Part shown: one piece after another, positions 1 to 13,385 of the stretch
Numbering within the stretch: the stretch's first letter is position 1
Layout of the letters: each line of letters begins with the position of its first letter
From: Camelus dromedarius
Taxonomy: Eukaryota
Assembly: GCF_036321535.1 (NCBI RefSeq)
Contig: NC_087437.1
Location: 82,710,001-82,774,000 of the forward strand
DNA length: 64,000 nt
Reading direction: 5' to 3'
Program-made: the position numbers and the translations under genes
Notes under the pieces: model-generated
The model's database searches: none
What the model was told of the DNA's origin: nothing
Seen by the model: only the letters and a program-made list of their open reading frames with translations

Positions 1-489
1 CTTTGTTGTGACCCTCAGAAGACATAGAAAACCTATCATTTCAAAAGAAAGATTACTTCATGAAACTGTAGCAAAGGTGCTGATAGCACCCTTTTCAGTA
101 GCAAAATCAAGTGTTAGCTATAGTCTCAGGCAATGAACGGTGGTTTCCAAGAAAAAAAATCAAAGAGATTGAAACATTATTCTTCTCGCCAACACTGGCC
201 CCACGGCACTCCTCATGCCCTCTCTACAAAAATGTGTGAGCTCAAGTGGGTAAACTATAAAGCCTTTTACTGACCTAAAAGACACTATTACAATCTCCCA
301 TCCACACTTACCTAGATTTAGAAGGGCGTATGGAATTAGGATTGTCAGCAAGCCTCACAGGTGCCTTTAATAATTGTTGATACTCTGATGTCTCTGGAGC
401 ATACAAAGATCAGGCCAAATAAGACTATAACATGGGCACTGTTATTTGTGCTGTTACTTGTGATCAAGTAATATCAGGTAGTTTGCATG

Positions 490-762
490 CCCCACAGGTG
501 TCTCTTAATCAGTGGCTGAGCAGTGCATAATTATGAAAGCCCCAGCTCCCTTGTTCCACACGGGGGTAACTATAAGATATGACTTATGCTCCAGAGTTCC
601 TCTGTGCACTCCAGCTATAAGACTTTGCTGGGTTTCTTCCCATTCCTGATCCTGCCTCTCCTGCTTCCTTCTCAATTTCCCTGGAAGACTGACTTCCTAA
701 ATAAATTACTTACATACTGATGTATAACTCAGGGTTTGCTTCTGGGAAACCAATCTAAGGCA
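490..762 (+). mobile_element. ERVL LTR16-family LTR, 3' part
   Basis: Ends ...aataaattacttacatac...ctcagggtttgcttctgggaaaccaatctaaggca, resembling the LTR16 terminus; family recalled, not searched. Confidence 0.6.
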
Positions 763-764
763 TT

Positions 765-965
765 TGCTCGCAGTTTTTAAATTGGTAGGTTTCACATAAT
801 CTAGTTCTAGCTTTTCTTAAAATATGGAAAGTTCTGGCAAATGGAGCTAGAATCTTCATGTGCTAATAGTCAGTGTGATTTCTCTAGTTCTCCACTGCCT
901 TCCCCTGCCAATCTCACTCATTCTGTCACTTGCCTGCTCTATTGGCATTTGGGTTTGCTGCTCAT
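765..965. mobile_element. hAT-Charlie MER102-like fragment
   Basis: tttcacataatctag...ttctggcaa...ggcatttgggtttgc resembles MER102; highly diverged. Confidence 0.4.
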
Positions 966-985
966 TTACTGGACCATAAGCCCCA

Positions 986-1472
986 TGGAATAAGCAGGAT
1001 AATGGCCCCGAAGATACCCATGCCTAACCCCCAGGACCTGGGAGTATATTACTTTACAAGGCAAAAGGGACTTTGCAGATGTGATTAAGGGCACAGACCT
1101 TGAGATGGGGAGAGTGACTTGAATATTCCAGGTGGCCCTAGTCTAAAAGCATGAGTTCTTAGAAGTGAAGAACCTTTCCCGAGCTGTAATCACTAGAAAA
1201 AGGTGACGAAGGACAAAGAGCGAGATATCACATTGTTGACGGAAGGTAGAGGAAGGGGGCCATGAGCCCAGCCTTTCGACCCTGGAAAAGGCAGGAAAAG
1301 GAATCGCCCTCGGGATTCTAGAAAGGAATACAGCCTTTCCAATAGCTCTGACTTTAGCCCAGTGAGACCCATGTTGGACTTCTGACCTCCAGAACTGTAA
1401 GATACTATATTTGTGTTGTTTTAAGCCACAAAGTTTATGGTAATTTGTTAAAGGCTATAGAAAACTGATACA
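986..1472 (+). mobile_element. MaLR solo LTR (MLT1D-like) inserted in an L2 3' end
   Basis: TG...CA ends; ggcaaaagggactttgcagatgtgattaagg and ctgacctccagaactgtaagat motifs; TSD cccca/ctcca (981-985, 1473-1477); L2 tail resumes ~1473-1575. Confidence 0.85.
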
Positions 1473-2456
1473 CTCCATGAGGACAGAGATGATGTCTGTC
1501 TTGGTTATCACTATATCCCTATCATCCACCACGTGCCTGACAGATGAAAAGTGTTAAGTGAATGTCAAATTAATACATGATTATAACTCTTCTAAGTTTT
1601 AATGAGTAAACCCTTAGTGAATAACTGAAGTCCCATTTGTTCTTAGCATTTGCAATAAATTTAGAAATTTATATCCCAACTCAATATCTTTTAACACTGA
1701 GAAGAAACTGTAATCATTTCCATTGACCTTTTCTAATCAATACAGGCACTTGATTGTTTTACTCTGTATTTTTTCAAATTCTGTGTTAGGTAAAGTGGTC
1801 AGAATAAGCTACAGTATTCCAAAGACTGAAAAATGTAGAAATCTCTTCCACATAGGATGAATAATAGAATTCTATTTTAGAATGAATCCTTGGGGTATGG
1901 GGTTATTAAGGAGCGGTGAAGGCTGTATGGTGACTTGACTTGACATGGCTAATCTGGCAGTATAGGCTTGTATCTGAGATAGATAGAAAGCCTGCCAACA
2001 TTTTTTATGTCCACCAACTGGTCTTTAATTTTTCTGTAGAGAGAGAATGATGTAAGAAGTGGATACCCAGTAATGAAATGAGTAGGGAAAAAAAAAGATT
2101 ACTCTGACTCTCTGACTAGTACCATAGAGAATTGTCTCCTCTTACGATATTTCACAATTGGTTGTAACCTTCCTAGGGGTAGACTTTTATAAACTAAAAC
2201 CTTTAGCACAGTGTCTTGTCCATAGTTTATAAATTACTGAGTTTCATTTTTTGCACATTGACTTATCAGAATAATGGCCCGGGGACAGCATTATTTTACA
2301 AGGATTGGAAAGACCATGTCTGACAAAAATCATACTAACATGTACAAAAAGATGTTAAAATAGTACTTTGAAGTAAAACCAGATTCCATTTTGGACAATG
2401 GCATTGTAGGAGACAAACACAAATACTGGAATATTCAGAAGAAAATACCTGGGGAA

Positions 2457-2635
2457 GATACAAACTGCTATATAGAAAATAAATAAAACAACAAGGTCCT
2501 AGTATATAGCACAGGGGACTATATTCAATATCTTGTAATAACCTATAATGAAAAAGTATATATATATATACTGTGCTGTATACCAGAAACTAACACAACA
2601 TTATAAATCAACTATACTTCAATTAAAATAAAGAA
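2457..2635 (+). mobile_element. 5'-truncated cetartiodactyl-type L1 3' end
   Basis: caacaaggtcctagtatatagcacagggg...aaatcaactatacttcaattaaaa followed by an A-rich tail. Confidence 0.8.
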
Positions 2636-2859
2636 AAGAACACCTGAGGGAAAAACTTTGGAATGACAAGGTTTCAGATGTCCAGATGCTGGTGCCCAGA
2701 GAATGAAGATGAACTCAAAATCTTTTAAACAACGAGATCAATGTGATTGTGTAGAGATCATTCAAAGTTGGCAAGGTGAGGTCTCTACGTAGACACTTCT
2801 GACAGAATAAAATAGAATGTGAATAAACATTTGAGATGAGGGAAAAAAGAGGGAATAGT

Positions 2860-3095
2860 AATAATAACATTTAGTATAAAACCTCCTGACCAAAATTCAT
2901 ACATAATTGATAAATATTATATATCTCTTCTATAACCTCCTAAAATACTATGAAGTAGAAATTATTATTAATTACTTTTACTGATTAAATTATTCCAAGG
3001 GACCAAATAACTTCCAAATTCACTCAGCTGCTACATGATGCATTCAAGATGCCACTCAATGTCTCTGACTGCAGATTTTTGACTCTTCTATATAT
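2860..3095 (-). mobile_element. MIR SINE (degenerate)
   Basis: Resembles the reverse-strand MIR core (attattattaattacttttactgat...aaataacttccaaattcactcagc). Confidence 0.45.
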
Positions 3096-3738
3096 TTTCC
3101 ATGTGATTTGAGATGGTACCACAGAGTCCCTAACCAGACCGAGGATATGGACAAAAATTGGTTATGAATCTGTTGAATGAGCAATAAAAGCACTGATTGA
3201 GATAAGGTCAATGAAATAATCTCTGGTTATGTGACGACCTCTCTTTTCTTTCCCCACTGCTTAGCCCTTTGTCATAAAATCAGTGATCCTGGAATCTCAG
3301 AATTAGTGTAAGTGCAAACTGAGATGTGAATGTGCATGCAATACACAATGAGGCTGGTTTTGAAACTTTGAGAAATACAGCCACCTGTTGGACTCAGTCT
3401 GGTATCACACTTCTGTTCACCATTTGTTTTCAAATATTCTTTCTGAAAAGGCTGGGTATTTTTCTTTCATGGGCAAAATTTAAAGAATAAATAAAAGCAT
3501 GATTGCCACAGTTAGAGGAAATAAACATGATAAAAGGCAGCAAAGTCCCTTATAGTCTGTTGAAAAAATTGATGAGTATTAATAATGTGCTTTCTCTAGA
3601 CATAGTCTAAGGAAGCTAAAAAGGAGTATCCGTAAAGAAAAATGGTGAATAGATTAACTTTTTAATCCCTTCCCCCACAAAAAAGAAAAAGTAAGAGTTT
3701 GGTATTTGTTCATTCCACTCCAGCACTGACCTCTAGAG

Positions 3739-3961
3739 CAGGGGCTGGGGAGATTTTGTTTTGTAATGGGTTTCAAATAGTAAATAGTTAAGGTTTTGAA
3801 GGCCATAAGTTTTCTATTGCAACTACTCAACTCTATTGCTTAGCACAAATGAAACCATGCATAACATGTAAACAGTGAGCATGGCTGTGTGCCAATAATT
3901 CTATTGACAAAAACAGCTGGTGGGCCAGATTTGGCCCACAGGCTCAGTTTTCCAACTCCCA
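3739..3961 (+). mobile_element. MER58A (hAT-Charlie MITE)
   Basis: Starts cagggg; internal gcaactactcaactct and gggccagatttggccc; 8-bp TSD ctctagag/ccctagag (3731-3738, 3962-3969). Confidence 0.85.
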
Positions 3962-3994
3962 CCCTAGAGCACATTGGGGAAGCCCCCACTTTGA

Positions 3995-4345
3995 CGTCTT
4001 TGCACAGGCTGTTCCCTCTGCCAGGAGCACACTTCCTCCAAATACCCATGTAACTTACTCACCCACTTCCACGAGTACTTGTTCAAATATCGTATTTTCA
4101 GTGAAGCCTACCCTAATTACGCCGTTTAAAATTTCAACTCTCTTTCTCCTGCTTTATTTTTTCCATAGCACTTAAAACAGTCTAATATATGGGTTGTGTT
4201 CATTGTTTATCTTCTGTCTCCTCCCACTAGAATGTTAGCCCTGTTAACAAGAGATTTTTGTTTTATTTGCTTATGAAGTATCCCAAGCACTTAGAACAGT
4301 GCCTCACATACAGTAGATGCTCAGTAAATATTTGTTAAATGAAAA
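3995..4345 (+). mobile_element. L2 3' end
   Basis: ttgcacaggctgttccctctgcc...ccactagaatgttagc...agaacagtgcct...ctcagtaaatatttgttaaatgaa. Confidence 0.85.
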
Positions 4346-4569
4346 GATGACTTGTTAGTATTTTCTCAAAAAAAAAAAAAAAAAGCCTAGTTTTGTTTAA
4401 GAAAGTGACTCCCAAAAGGAATAAACTGAACCAAAAAACAAACCAGCCTTGCCCACAGTTTTAAAAATTTTTCTAAACCTCTGGTTTTCTCACATAGGAA
4501 GTGGTAGTAACACTATTTTTAAAATCAGTGAGAACATCAATGAATATATAGCCCCGTATAGTTCCCAAA

Positions 4570-4760
4570 ACTATATATCATTTTACTTAAGCCTTAAAGT
4601 AACCTTATTACATGGACAACATCATCCCTACTTTATAGATGAGGAAACTGATTCCCAGAAAGTCAGTAAATTGCTCACCGCCACAAGGTAGTATGAGACT
4701 GGGCTAAAACACGCACATCTTGATTTCAAAGCCAATTTTCTTTTGCTTACAATGCAGCTA
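4570..4760 (-). mobile_element. MIR SINE
   Basis: catccctactttatagatgaggaaactgattcccagaaagtcagtaaattgc core. Confidence 0.75.
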
Positions 4761-5859
4761 TCAGCCAACCTTGCCTCATTCTCAGCCTCCAGAGAACTCC
4801 TTTTTCCATAGCTGAATCAGCCTCAGCAATGTCTCAATCCCCAGGACAAACCTGACTTTAGGTGGAAAAGATTTAATGAGCTTTGACTCAAACTTGTAGA
4901 ACTCAGCACCATTTACTTGAATTAAAGAAGGTGCTCATTCTCCTCCCCCATTCTGATAACCTGGCTTTGTTTTAATTCAACAGACTGATCCCCACTCTAA
5001 TCTAGTTTGTTCTTAAAACCAAATATACTCTGCACACTCAGCTCCTCATCCTTGGCTAGAGACATGACCAGCTCTTAACAGCCCCTCTCCAAAGGTCTAG
5101 CTTTCTGCTCACTGCCTGAGCCTCTGCTCCCTGTTAACAGATTTCCTGGATGCTGACTATTTCCCTCTCTGGATTTTCAAATGTCACCCACTTCTCTAAC
5201 CTTGTGCTCTGTTCATGCATGGGACAATCTCAAGTCTTTGGAGAACCTCTCCCCCAACCATTATTATCAACTCTTTCTCTGAATCTCTTCTAGATCAGTC
5301 TATAGCCATAATATCCGGCTATCATGTTCTTTTATGCAAGTTCAGGTGTCCCCAGTATGCCTGCTCCAAAACAGGATTCAGTGTATATGGCATAAAACCT
5401 TACTGTGCCTTCTGTTGGGGAGTTTTAGCTAAAATGTCACTAGCTAGAAGCACTCTTACGAGGTAAGACTCCCAAGCAGGGATAAAACTGAACATAGTTT
5501 TTGATACACTATCTCCCAACTTATTACTAAAGAGGAGAAGGTTGAACGTAGATTGATAGCAATGATAATGCAGCAAATGAGTAAAACTGAGCTATAACAC
5601 GGAGGAAGAAATAATGAAGCTTGATGAAAAATTGAAGACAGCAGTAAAAGTTCACAGAAAAATATAGAATGAGTCTACAAAACCTCCAGCCTGTGTGATC
5701 AGAGGAATCGGGATGCCACTGCTGTCAGAAAAGGAAAGGTTGGAAAGTCGAATAAATGTGGAAACGATAGATTCACTTGACAAATGTAGATCACCATAGA
5801 GGCGATGAAATATAAATTAGTGTCTTCTATAGTACAGCATTATAGAATTTTAAAAATTG

Positions 5860-6030
5860 CTTCCACACTTATTTAGAGTCACACAAAGCCACCTGAGGTG
5901 ATTAGATGCAATATATTCATCCCCTACTTGACAAATGAAACTGAGGCCCAAAGAGAAAAATAACTTAGCTTCCACAGACCTGAAGCATGAACTCAATTCT
6001 TAGGATTCCTTGACCAGGATATTTTCCACT
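5860..6030 (-). mobile_element. MIR SINE
   Basis: atcccctacttgacaaatgaaactgaggcccaaagag core. Confidence 0.6.
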
Positions 6031-7213
6031 CCATCATTGGCCTTCCGGGCCAACTATAACAACTGATAACTTTATCTGAACGTAATTCAGCTAAAGTCAT
6101 TCAAGTCAATAAAATACAGAGAGAACTTGGCAAAGTGACTTCTTAGGAGCAGAACTAGTTTATAATACAAGCTACAGGTCATAAACTTAAAGTTGAAACA
6201 CTTTGATATTTTGTTTGATGAAAGAGAGAATAAAATAGACATGAAAAAAATATCAAATGTCAGTATTCCAGGGTAATTTGGTCAATCCTTCTTTCTCCAA
6301 GCATCCACAAATTTCCATTAACTTCATTCAACTCCATGACCAAGAGGCCAACCTCTGTACTTTCCCATCACAAATAACCAAAACATTCATTTTTTACATG
6401 ATTATTTTATTTCAAATGTCAGTGACATGAATGATTATCTTTAAAATGGCCCAGCTCGGTATATCTTTAGGCCAATATTTGCTGATACTTTTATTTAATT
6501 TCCAAAGCAATGAAAATATTTTGTCCTCTGGAGTGTTTCTAATAAAGATAATGATATTTTAGAAATAAATCAATACTCTGTGCTTACATAAGTTTTCACC
6601 TGAGAAGTGCAGCATGTCATGGTTTTAAGTTTTTTATTGCACCGACCTCTGCTTATTTTGGCCAATGGGAAATGCTGTTCTCACTTTACCCAAAGAGAAA
6701 CCAAAGTCCAGGACTTGTCTAATGAAACAATGAATTAATGACAGTTCTTGGAAGAGGAATCAGTACATTTGATTTTCAAGGTTTAAACAGATTTTTGATG
6801 CCAGGGTATAATCCCTGTCCAACATGGAAGGTAGTCTTCCCACCCCAGGGCCAAAGACCCTGGAGAAGTTGGCATTCTTATGACATTTTAATAGAAAGTC
6901 TTTCTTTTTCATAATATGATCCTAAACCTTTACAGCTCTTTAAAAAAAAAAAAAAGATTTCAATGAAGAAAGCCCCATGACTTGGGGAAAAAAATCAAAA
7001 AATTATTTTCTAACCAGTATTTAGCAAATGTTCACTGACTGTAATTTTCTGTTCTTGCCAGAGAGCTTACTGCTGATTAGGAGAATGTCACCACCAGTAG
7101 AAACAGGAGGAAGAGCTAGCCTGGGTTGAAAGATGATGAATCCTGATTTGAGCAAGTTCTCTACTGAGCAACTCCTTTCTACTTGGCTTCTTTAAAAGTT
7201 TTTTTATGTCTCG

Positions 7214-7256
7214 TCCTTTCCTTTCCTTTCCTTTCCTTTCTGTTCCTTTCCTTTCC
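7214..7256. repeat. (CCTTT)n pentanucleotide repeat followed by an A-run
   Basis: Directly visible. Confidence 0.85.
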
Positions 7257-7796
7257 AGAAAAAAAAAAAAAAATCAGTCCAAAGCCATTAGGGAGCGCTG
7301 AGCAAAATAGATATCCATGCAAGAAGGTAGGGAGCAGAGTGGCCCAGTCTTTGAGGGCAAAACGGTCATTCACACCTGGTAACAGGCCAGCAGGACCGAT
7401 CAGAGCCCAAGTAGGGTGAGGCTGATGTAGGAGATCAGATCCCACGTGGCAGTTAAGAAGCCTGCTTAATGCAGATTGTCATAGTTTGGGAGAAGTAAAG
7501 AGAGTATTCATGCAAGGGTGGCCCAGCATGAGGTATCAGAACCCAAGCAGGAAGAGGAAGTCACCCAGCTGAGGGGGCAGCTCAGCTCAGGTTATCACCA
7601 AGCAGAGTGAGGAGGACATACATGTAGAGGTACCTTAACTCAGGGCGTACAATGTGAGCAGTGTCTGAAGGGTATCTATGCAGGAGAGCAGCCCAGAGGT
7701 ACTCGAGCCCAGCAGAGCAAAGAGGATATGCACATCAGGAATGGGACCTCAGTGGTGACAGTGTCAATGAGAGATTGGATACATCTAGGGGAGCTG

Positions 7797-7852
<56 letters not shown>
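7797..7852. repeat. (AGAT)14 perfect tetranucleotide microsatellite
   Basis: Directly counted. Confidence 0.95.
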
Positions 7853-7854
<2 letters not shown>

Positions 7855-8235
7855 GCAGATGACTCCACATTTATAAAGGGAGGTTTCTCACTGTCAAAAA
7901 AAGAGCAGTACAAATACGGAAAGAGAGAAAACTAGAATAAAATCCTGTGTGGTTGGATTATAATTGAAAACCATGATGGATAGTGGATGAATGGATTGGT
8001 GGAAAACTAGAGAGATAACATATGGTATCTAATAAGTACACAGTAATTTATGTTCCCAAATTCACTTAAACTTTTTAAATGTTTAGGTTGTGAGGGGGTA
8101 GTTTTTCAATGCAAGTTCAAGTAATATCTGGGTTCAAAATTATCTCAACTACTGAGTGATTTTATTTAATAGTGGTAAATCCTGTGGGGCAGAAAGGAAA
8201 CAAAATGCAAAATATCTTTAAGTTCCTTTAAATTA

Positions 8236-8852
8236 CTAGCGCTCAACCAAGAGCGATTTTGTCCCTCAGGGGACATTGGGCAATGTCTGGAGACATTTCT
8301 GGTTGTCACAGCTGGAGAGATGCTACTGGCATCTAATGAGTAAAGGTCAGGGATGCTGCTAAATGTCCTACAAAGCACAACACAGCTCTCACAACGAAGA
8401 ATTATTGGTGTGGGCTGAATCATGTACCCTAAGATTGATAGGCTGAAGCCCAAACCCCCATCACCTCAAAATGTGACTGTATTTGGAGACAGGGCCTTTA
8501 GAGGCATGATTAAGTTAAAAAAAGGTCACGAGCATGGGCCCTATTCTGACTGGCATGCTTATAAAAAGAGGAAACCTGGACATACAGAGAGACCCCAGGG
8601 ATGTGCTCACACTGAGGAAAGACCCTGCGAGGACCCAGCATGACTGCAACCATATGCAAGACAAGGAGGGTGGCCTCAGAAGAAACCAAACCTGCCAATA
8701 CCTCGATCTTGGACTTCCAGCCTCCAGAACCATGAAGAAATACATTCCTGTTGTTTAAGACCACAGTGTGTGGCGTTTTTTATGACAGCCCTAATTAATT
8801 AATACAATTATCCAGCCCCAAATGCCAGTAGTGGCAAGGTTGAGAAACTCTG
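8236..8852 (+). mobile_element. MER20 (hAT-Charlie), split by an MLT1B LTR
   Basis: ggggacattgggcaatgtctggagacatttctggttgtcac; resumes after 8811 and ends ggttgagaaactctg. Confidence 0.85.
8406..8806 (+). mobile_element. MaLR solo LTR (MLT1B-like)
   Basis: TG...CA ends; aatgtgactgtatttggagacagggccttta; perfect 5-bp TSD attat (8401-8405, 8807-8811). Confidence 0.9.
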
Positions 8853-9371
8853 GTTCATGATATATAGAAACAGTCCTGAGAAGAGCTTTTGTGGGTATGA
8901 AAGACAACCTGGCTAATATCCAGCATTAAAATGTCAAACTGAAGGAGAGAGGGAAAACAAGTTTGCCTCCCCATAAAAATTAGAAAAAGTTATTCAGTGG
9001 AGAAAATTATTCCCTTGACTTTAGATGCTGATGGGCCAGTGCGGTTAATATTCTCTTCTGGGCTATAAAGTCTCTGAAAAGGCAATTTAAAAAATAAAAT
9101 CAATCTGGTTTGGCACTAAGTATGTTTTTACTTATTTGGTTTTTTGCACTAAAATCAAAATTTGGAACACCCAAAGATTTGATTTCTATGTACATTTGCC
9201 CAAAACATTTTTACTGGAAGACTAAGGAAGCCCAACCATCACCTAATTCCAAAGTTACTTTCTCCTGGTTTACAAAGGAGGAAGGAATCTTCCTTAATCC
9301 AATATATTTATTAGCACTTTTCTGGAAGTTTAAATGTGTGATACAATTTAATTGTCCTCTTTGTTGGCACA

Positions 9372-9696
9372 CAGATAAACTCAAAATGGATCATAAAAAT
9401 ATACCTAAAAGCTAAAACTATAAAACACCTAGAGAAATACATAGAAGTAAAATTTTTGTGACCTTCAGTTGAGCAAAGATTTCTTTTTCAAGACACAAAA
9501 ATCACCAACCATATAAGAAAAAAAAAGTGACTGCAAAGGAGCACAGGGGAGCTTTCTGGGGTGATGGACATATACCGTATCTTGACTGGGGACATAGTTA
9601 CAAGGTTTTGTACACTTGTCAAAACTCTTTTAACTATATACTTGACATGTGGGTATTTTATTGTATGTACATTAAACTTAAAAGAAGTTGATTTTT
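9372..9696 (+). mobile_element. Old L1 (L1M) ORF2 and 3'UTR fragments
   Basis: aactcaaaatggatcat...aaaactataaaacacctagagaaa; ttctggggtgatggac...attttattgtatgtacattaaac. Confidence 0.75.
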
Positions 9697-9847
9697 GTGA
9701 GGGAGGGGATAGCTCAGTGTTAGAGCACATGCTTAGCATGCATGAGGTCCTGGGTTCAATCCCTGGTACCTTCATCAAAAAATAAATAAATAAATAAGCC
9801 TAATTACTTCCCCCCAAAACAAAAACAAATAAGTAAAAACAAAAATA
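9697..9847 (+). mobile_element. Camelid Vic-1-type tRNA-derived SINE
   Basis: gggaggggatagctcagtgttagagcacatgcttagcatgcatgaggtcctgggttcaatccc (Pol III A and B boxes); (aaat)n and A-rich tail; TSD aagttgattttt (9685-9696, 9848-9859). Confidence 0.9.
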
Positions 9848-9994
9848 AAGTTGATTTTTAGAATATAGAGAAGTAAATGTGTAAAGGTATATATGTTTGT
9901 GTGTGACCACTGAAAGGAACTGTGAACAGCAACATCCCAAATCAGTGAGCACACCTAGTACTCAAATCAAGGTATTTAAGCATAATTTTTCATT

Positions 9995-10515
9995 GGCAAA
10001 ATGGCACTTTGACAAAATGACTGACATCAGGTTGGAGAAGGAAGAGAAAATACAAAATGAACTTAGAACATCTTGTGATAGAAACTCAAGAAGTACTCAA
10101 AGAGTAATGGGTCTTGTCAAAGGGATGAAGGAGCTAGCTTGAAGGGATGCCCACTGGCTAACTCTAGGAGAATTTGAGTTATCAAAAATCCATGATGATA
10201 ACAACAGGTTATTACCATTAAACTAAATAAGAAAACTAAATTGGATACAAGTAAATAAATGAGGACATTGAAAGTGATGAGGAAAGAGATATTTATATAT
10301 ATTTAAAGTACCTTCCCACAAAATATTTTTAATTCCAAGGGGGAAGAGTGTAATATTACAGTGGAGAAGCATGGCAGATACGACTTTGGGCAAGTGATCC
10401 AAGTAAACATCATTTAATGCAGTAAGTTGAAGATGTGTGCCACCTAATAGGGTTTATGAGAAAACTGCATCACTTCTGCAGCATTCCTGCTACCGATGCA
10501 TAACTTGAATCCATC
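9995..10515 (+). mobile_element. L1MC/MD-type 3'UTR fragment
   Basis: gaacttagaacatcttgtg...ggagctagcttgaaggg...acagtggagaagcatggcagatac...caagtgatc. Confidence 0.65.
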
Positions 10516-12024
10516 CCTAGAGGTACAACCATATGCACCATGTCAACTTGAATTTTTGCTGATACAGAAATGCAGCAAAAATCTCAGGTGTCTCCTCCTA
10601 GGTCAGCAGATACCCTACACTGAGTACATAGCACTGGGTAAGACTTCCCGTATCACCCACCCCTTCCTGTCTTAAGGACCTCTCTGCTCCATCATCTCAT
10701 ACAGTCTATTTGCTGATCATTCCTATATTTTTAGATAGGCTGCACAATTTTTAATTAGAGCACTTCCCACTTATTCAATATCCAGATAAAAACAGATAGC
10801 AACATGAGTATCAGTGGTAGATTTTATGTGGAGACTGACCTCATATCTTTGAAAATACGAGGCCTCTATTAAGAACAAAACCTCCATCGGATAGTGGATT
10901 ATAAGTGTCTGGCAGCCAGTGGCCTGTGACTCAGTTACTGGCTGACATTTCAGTCTCTGAACTCATCTAGCAAGTGGCCTGTAAATTATAATTTCTTCTA
11001 AGCCTCTGAAGTAAGGCGATAGAAGATAGCATTTGGAGACTGAGAGCATAACTTGCATCTCTGGTCATGCTTGGTCCTGCACCATGGCTTTGCGGGAAAC
11101 TCAGCTACCTGAGGTCAGGGCGGAATGACAGTAGCAGCTGCAGTCACAGAGAAAAGAAGTGTATCTTCTGTTCCTGGACTGCAGGGCCTGGCCACTTGTG
11201 ACGAGGGGAGAATGCAGTTCATAACCTCACTGTGTTCCTTGGGCGGCACATGCATACTTGCTGACTTCTGTAAGGGTTATTAGTAGCTCAGCTTCTCAGC
11301 CCTTTGTCTTTATTTGAGCAAAAGCCACCAAGTCCTGCCTTTGACGCCCTAGTAAGAGAAAAATCAAATCTTTGGTCTCTGGGGTTCTCTGCAGATCTAG
11401 GAACGATGATCCCAACCTGGGAAAATAGTTCTCCCTGGTGGAGCATGTCTGTAACAGAAGTAAATATACTTAATATATCTAAGTAAATATACTTATAGTA
11501 AATATATGTTTGATTTTAAGCTCCAAAATGTACCTGAATGTTTAAACACTCCATCTCTGCTGATCTGTTCTAGAAATGGAGTGAAAGAAGCAAATCCCTG
11601 AGGCTAAGACAAGTCCTAAGGCACAGACCAACTAACTCACGACTTTAGGAGCCAGAGCCAGTGTTTTACTGTAAATCCAGGAATGCTCTGTGTCATTGTT
11701 CCACTGTCCTTTAAATAAAATATACACCACTTAATTATTACTCCTGAGCAGGTTATGTTTTTCATAATTATTTACCAATAGAGGCTCATTTCAGAATGAG
11801 AAAGCCTATTTCCTGATCCCTTTAGAATCACTGGGACAAGACCTCTGACTTTATGGTCACTCTCTTCATTCTCTTGTCCCCATGTGCAGAGATGACAAAA
11901 TTTTGCCTTCCAGAGGCCCACACTCCTCTCCTGGCCAGGCTACTGATTTGCAACTGAATGCCTCATACTTAGTAGTCCCTAATGGGCAAAGAGCCATGAA
12001 AATCTACTAAAAACAAGGAAATTG

Positions 12025-12810
12025 GTAAGTTCAGGGAAAGGGAAATATAACTGGCCAAAAATATATTAAAAGCACTAAAGCGAATAATTAAGAAAATGCA
12101 AATTAAAGCAACGATACAATATGTCACCAATGAGAGTGGTAGAAAAAAAATTCGATAACAACTATTGGTAAAGACATGAGAAAATAGGCAATGGGAGTGA
12201 AGCGGATAAATCTCCCTGGGGGCAATTTGCTATTATCTTTTAAAATACAAAATTCGTATACTCTTTGACCTAGCCCTTCCATTTTCAGAAGTTTATGCTA
12301 CAGATAAACTCTCATATACATACACTGACATAAATACTTTTATGTATGTATGAAATATGTATATGCACACACATGCTAATTGCAGTTGTAATTTTTTAAA
12401 AATTTGAAAATAAGCTAAATGTTCATTAATAAAAACATGTTAAATATATACTCATATATAGAATAATATACATACAGGATATAGTATAACATATTGGCAC
12501 AGTCATATGCTAGAAAGCTATGCCACCGTGAAAAGATCAGAGTAGGTCTAAAAGGATCAGTCTCTCTCAGGTACATCTTGGTAAAAAATTGAACATGTAC
12601 ATGTCTGTACATACACCTACATGTGCTTGCATTAGCACAGAGTATTTATGGAAAAAGCCACGAGAAACTTGACAGTGGATGCCTACGGAAAGGGAGAAAA
12701 AGGGTCTGAAATGGGAGGACAACTTACTTTTGTCCTAAAATACTCTTTTGAAGTATTTGAATTTTTTGTCATTATGTGTAGTACTTCTTTAAAGTGTAGC
12801 ACTTTAAAAA
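12025..12810 (+). mobile_element. L1ME-type fragment
   Basis: aaaatgcaaattaaagcaac...ggcaatttgc...tttgacctagcccttccatt. Confidence 0.7.
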
Positions 12811-13385
12811 ATGTCTTAGTTGTTGAAATTTTTAAACGAAATTGTGAGAAATGTAGCGATTCTGTCCGTGTGGTTAGAGTATCCATGTTACAAATAAAAC
12901 AACAGGTCAGAATGTACATTTAAATAATCAAAAGTCTTTAAATAAAACCTGGTCCACTGGGTGCCAATCAATAACCTACTCGTTTAAGTGAAAGATCGTC
13001 TCTTAAGAGTCACTTTCTCACCTCCCAAGCTCTGTGTTCCTCAGGAACAATCTCTTCTTTTTGAAAAGGAGTGCAATACAAATACGTTGTAAGTGGCTTT
13101 TAATTTTTTTAAAAGTCTGTTGATTCCCAAATGTTCCATTTTTCATTCATGTATTTTTTCTAAAAAAAATAAATAAAATTAATATTAAACAAAGAAAGGA
13201 TATTACATGAACACTGTTTATTTTATTATTAAAGAAAACTATTTCTTTAATAATATGGATATTCAGACATGTTCCTATTGGTAGGCATTTGGGTCGTGCC
13301 TAGTTTGGGAATAACCTGGTAAAGGTACTATAAATATTCTTGCACCCATCCTTTTGTGAATGTATTCACTATTTTCAACACATCC

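Noticed and set aside
7179..7870. Low-complexity ORFs (FPFLSF, IYLSIYLS)
   Set aside because: Translations of microsatellites
8166..8764. Several overlapping ORFs
   Set aside because: All lie within MER20/MLT1B repeats; ORFs at 13.7, 14.6-15.1, 22, 43-45 and 50.5 kb are likewise repeat-derived
9699..9775. tRNA-like sequence with A and B boxes
   Set aside because: Has an A-rich tail and TSD, so it is a SINE head and not a tRNA gene (same for 23360-23430)
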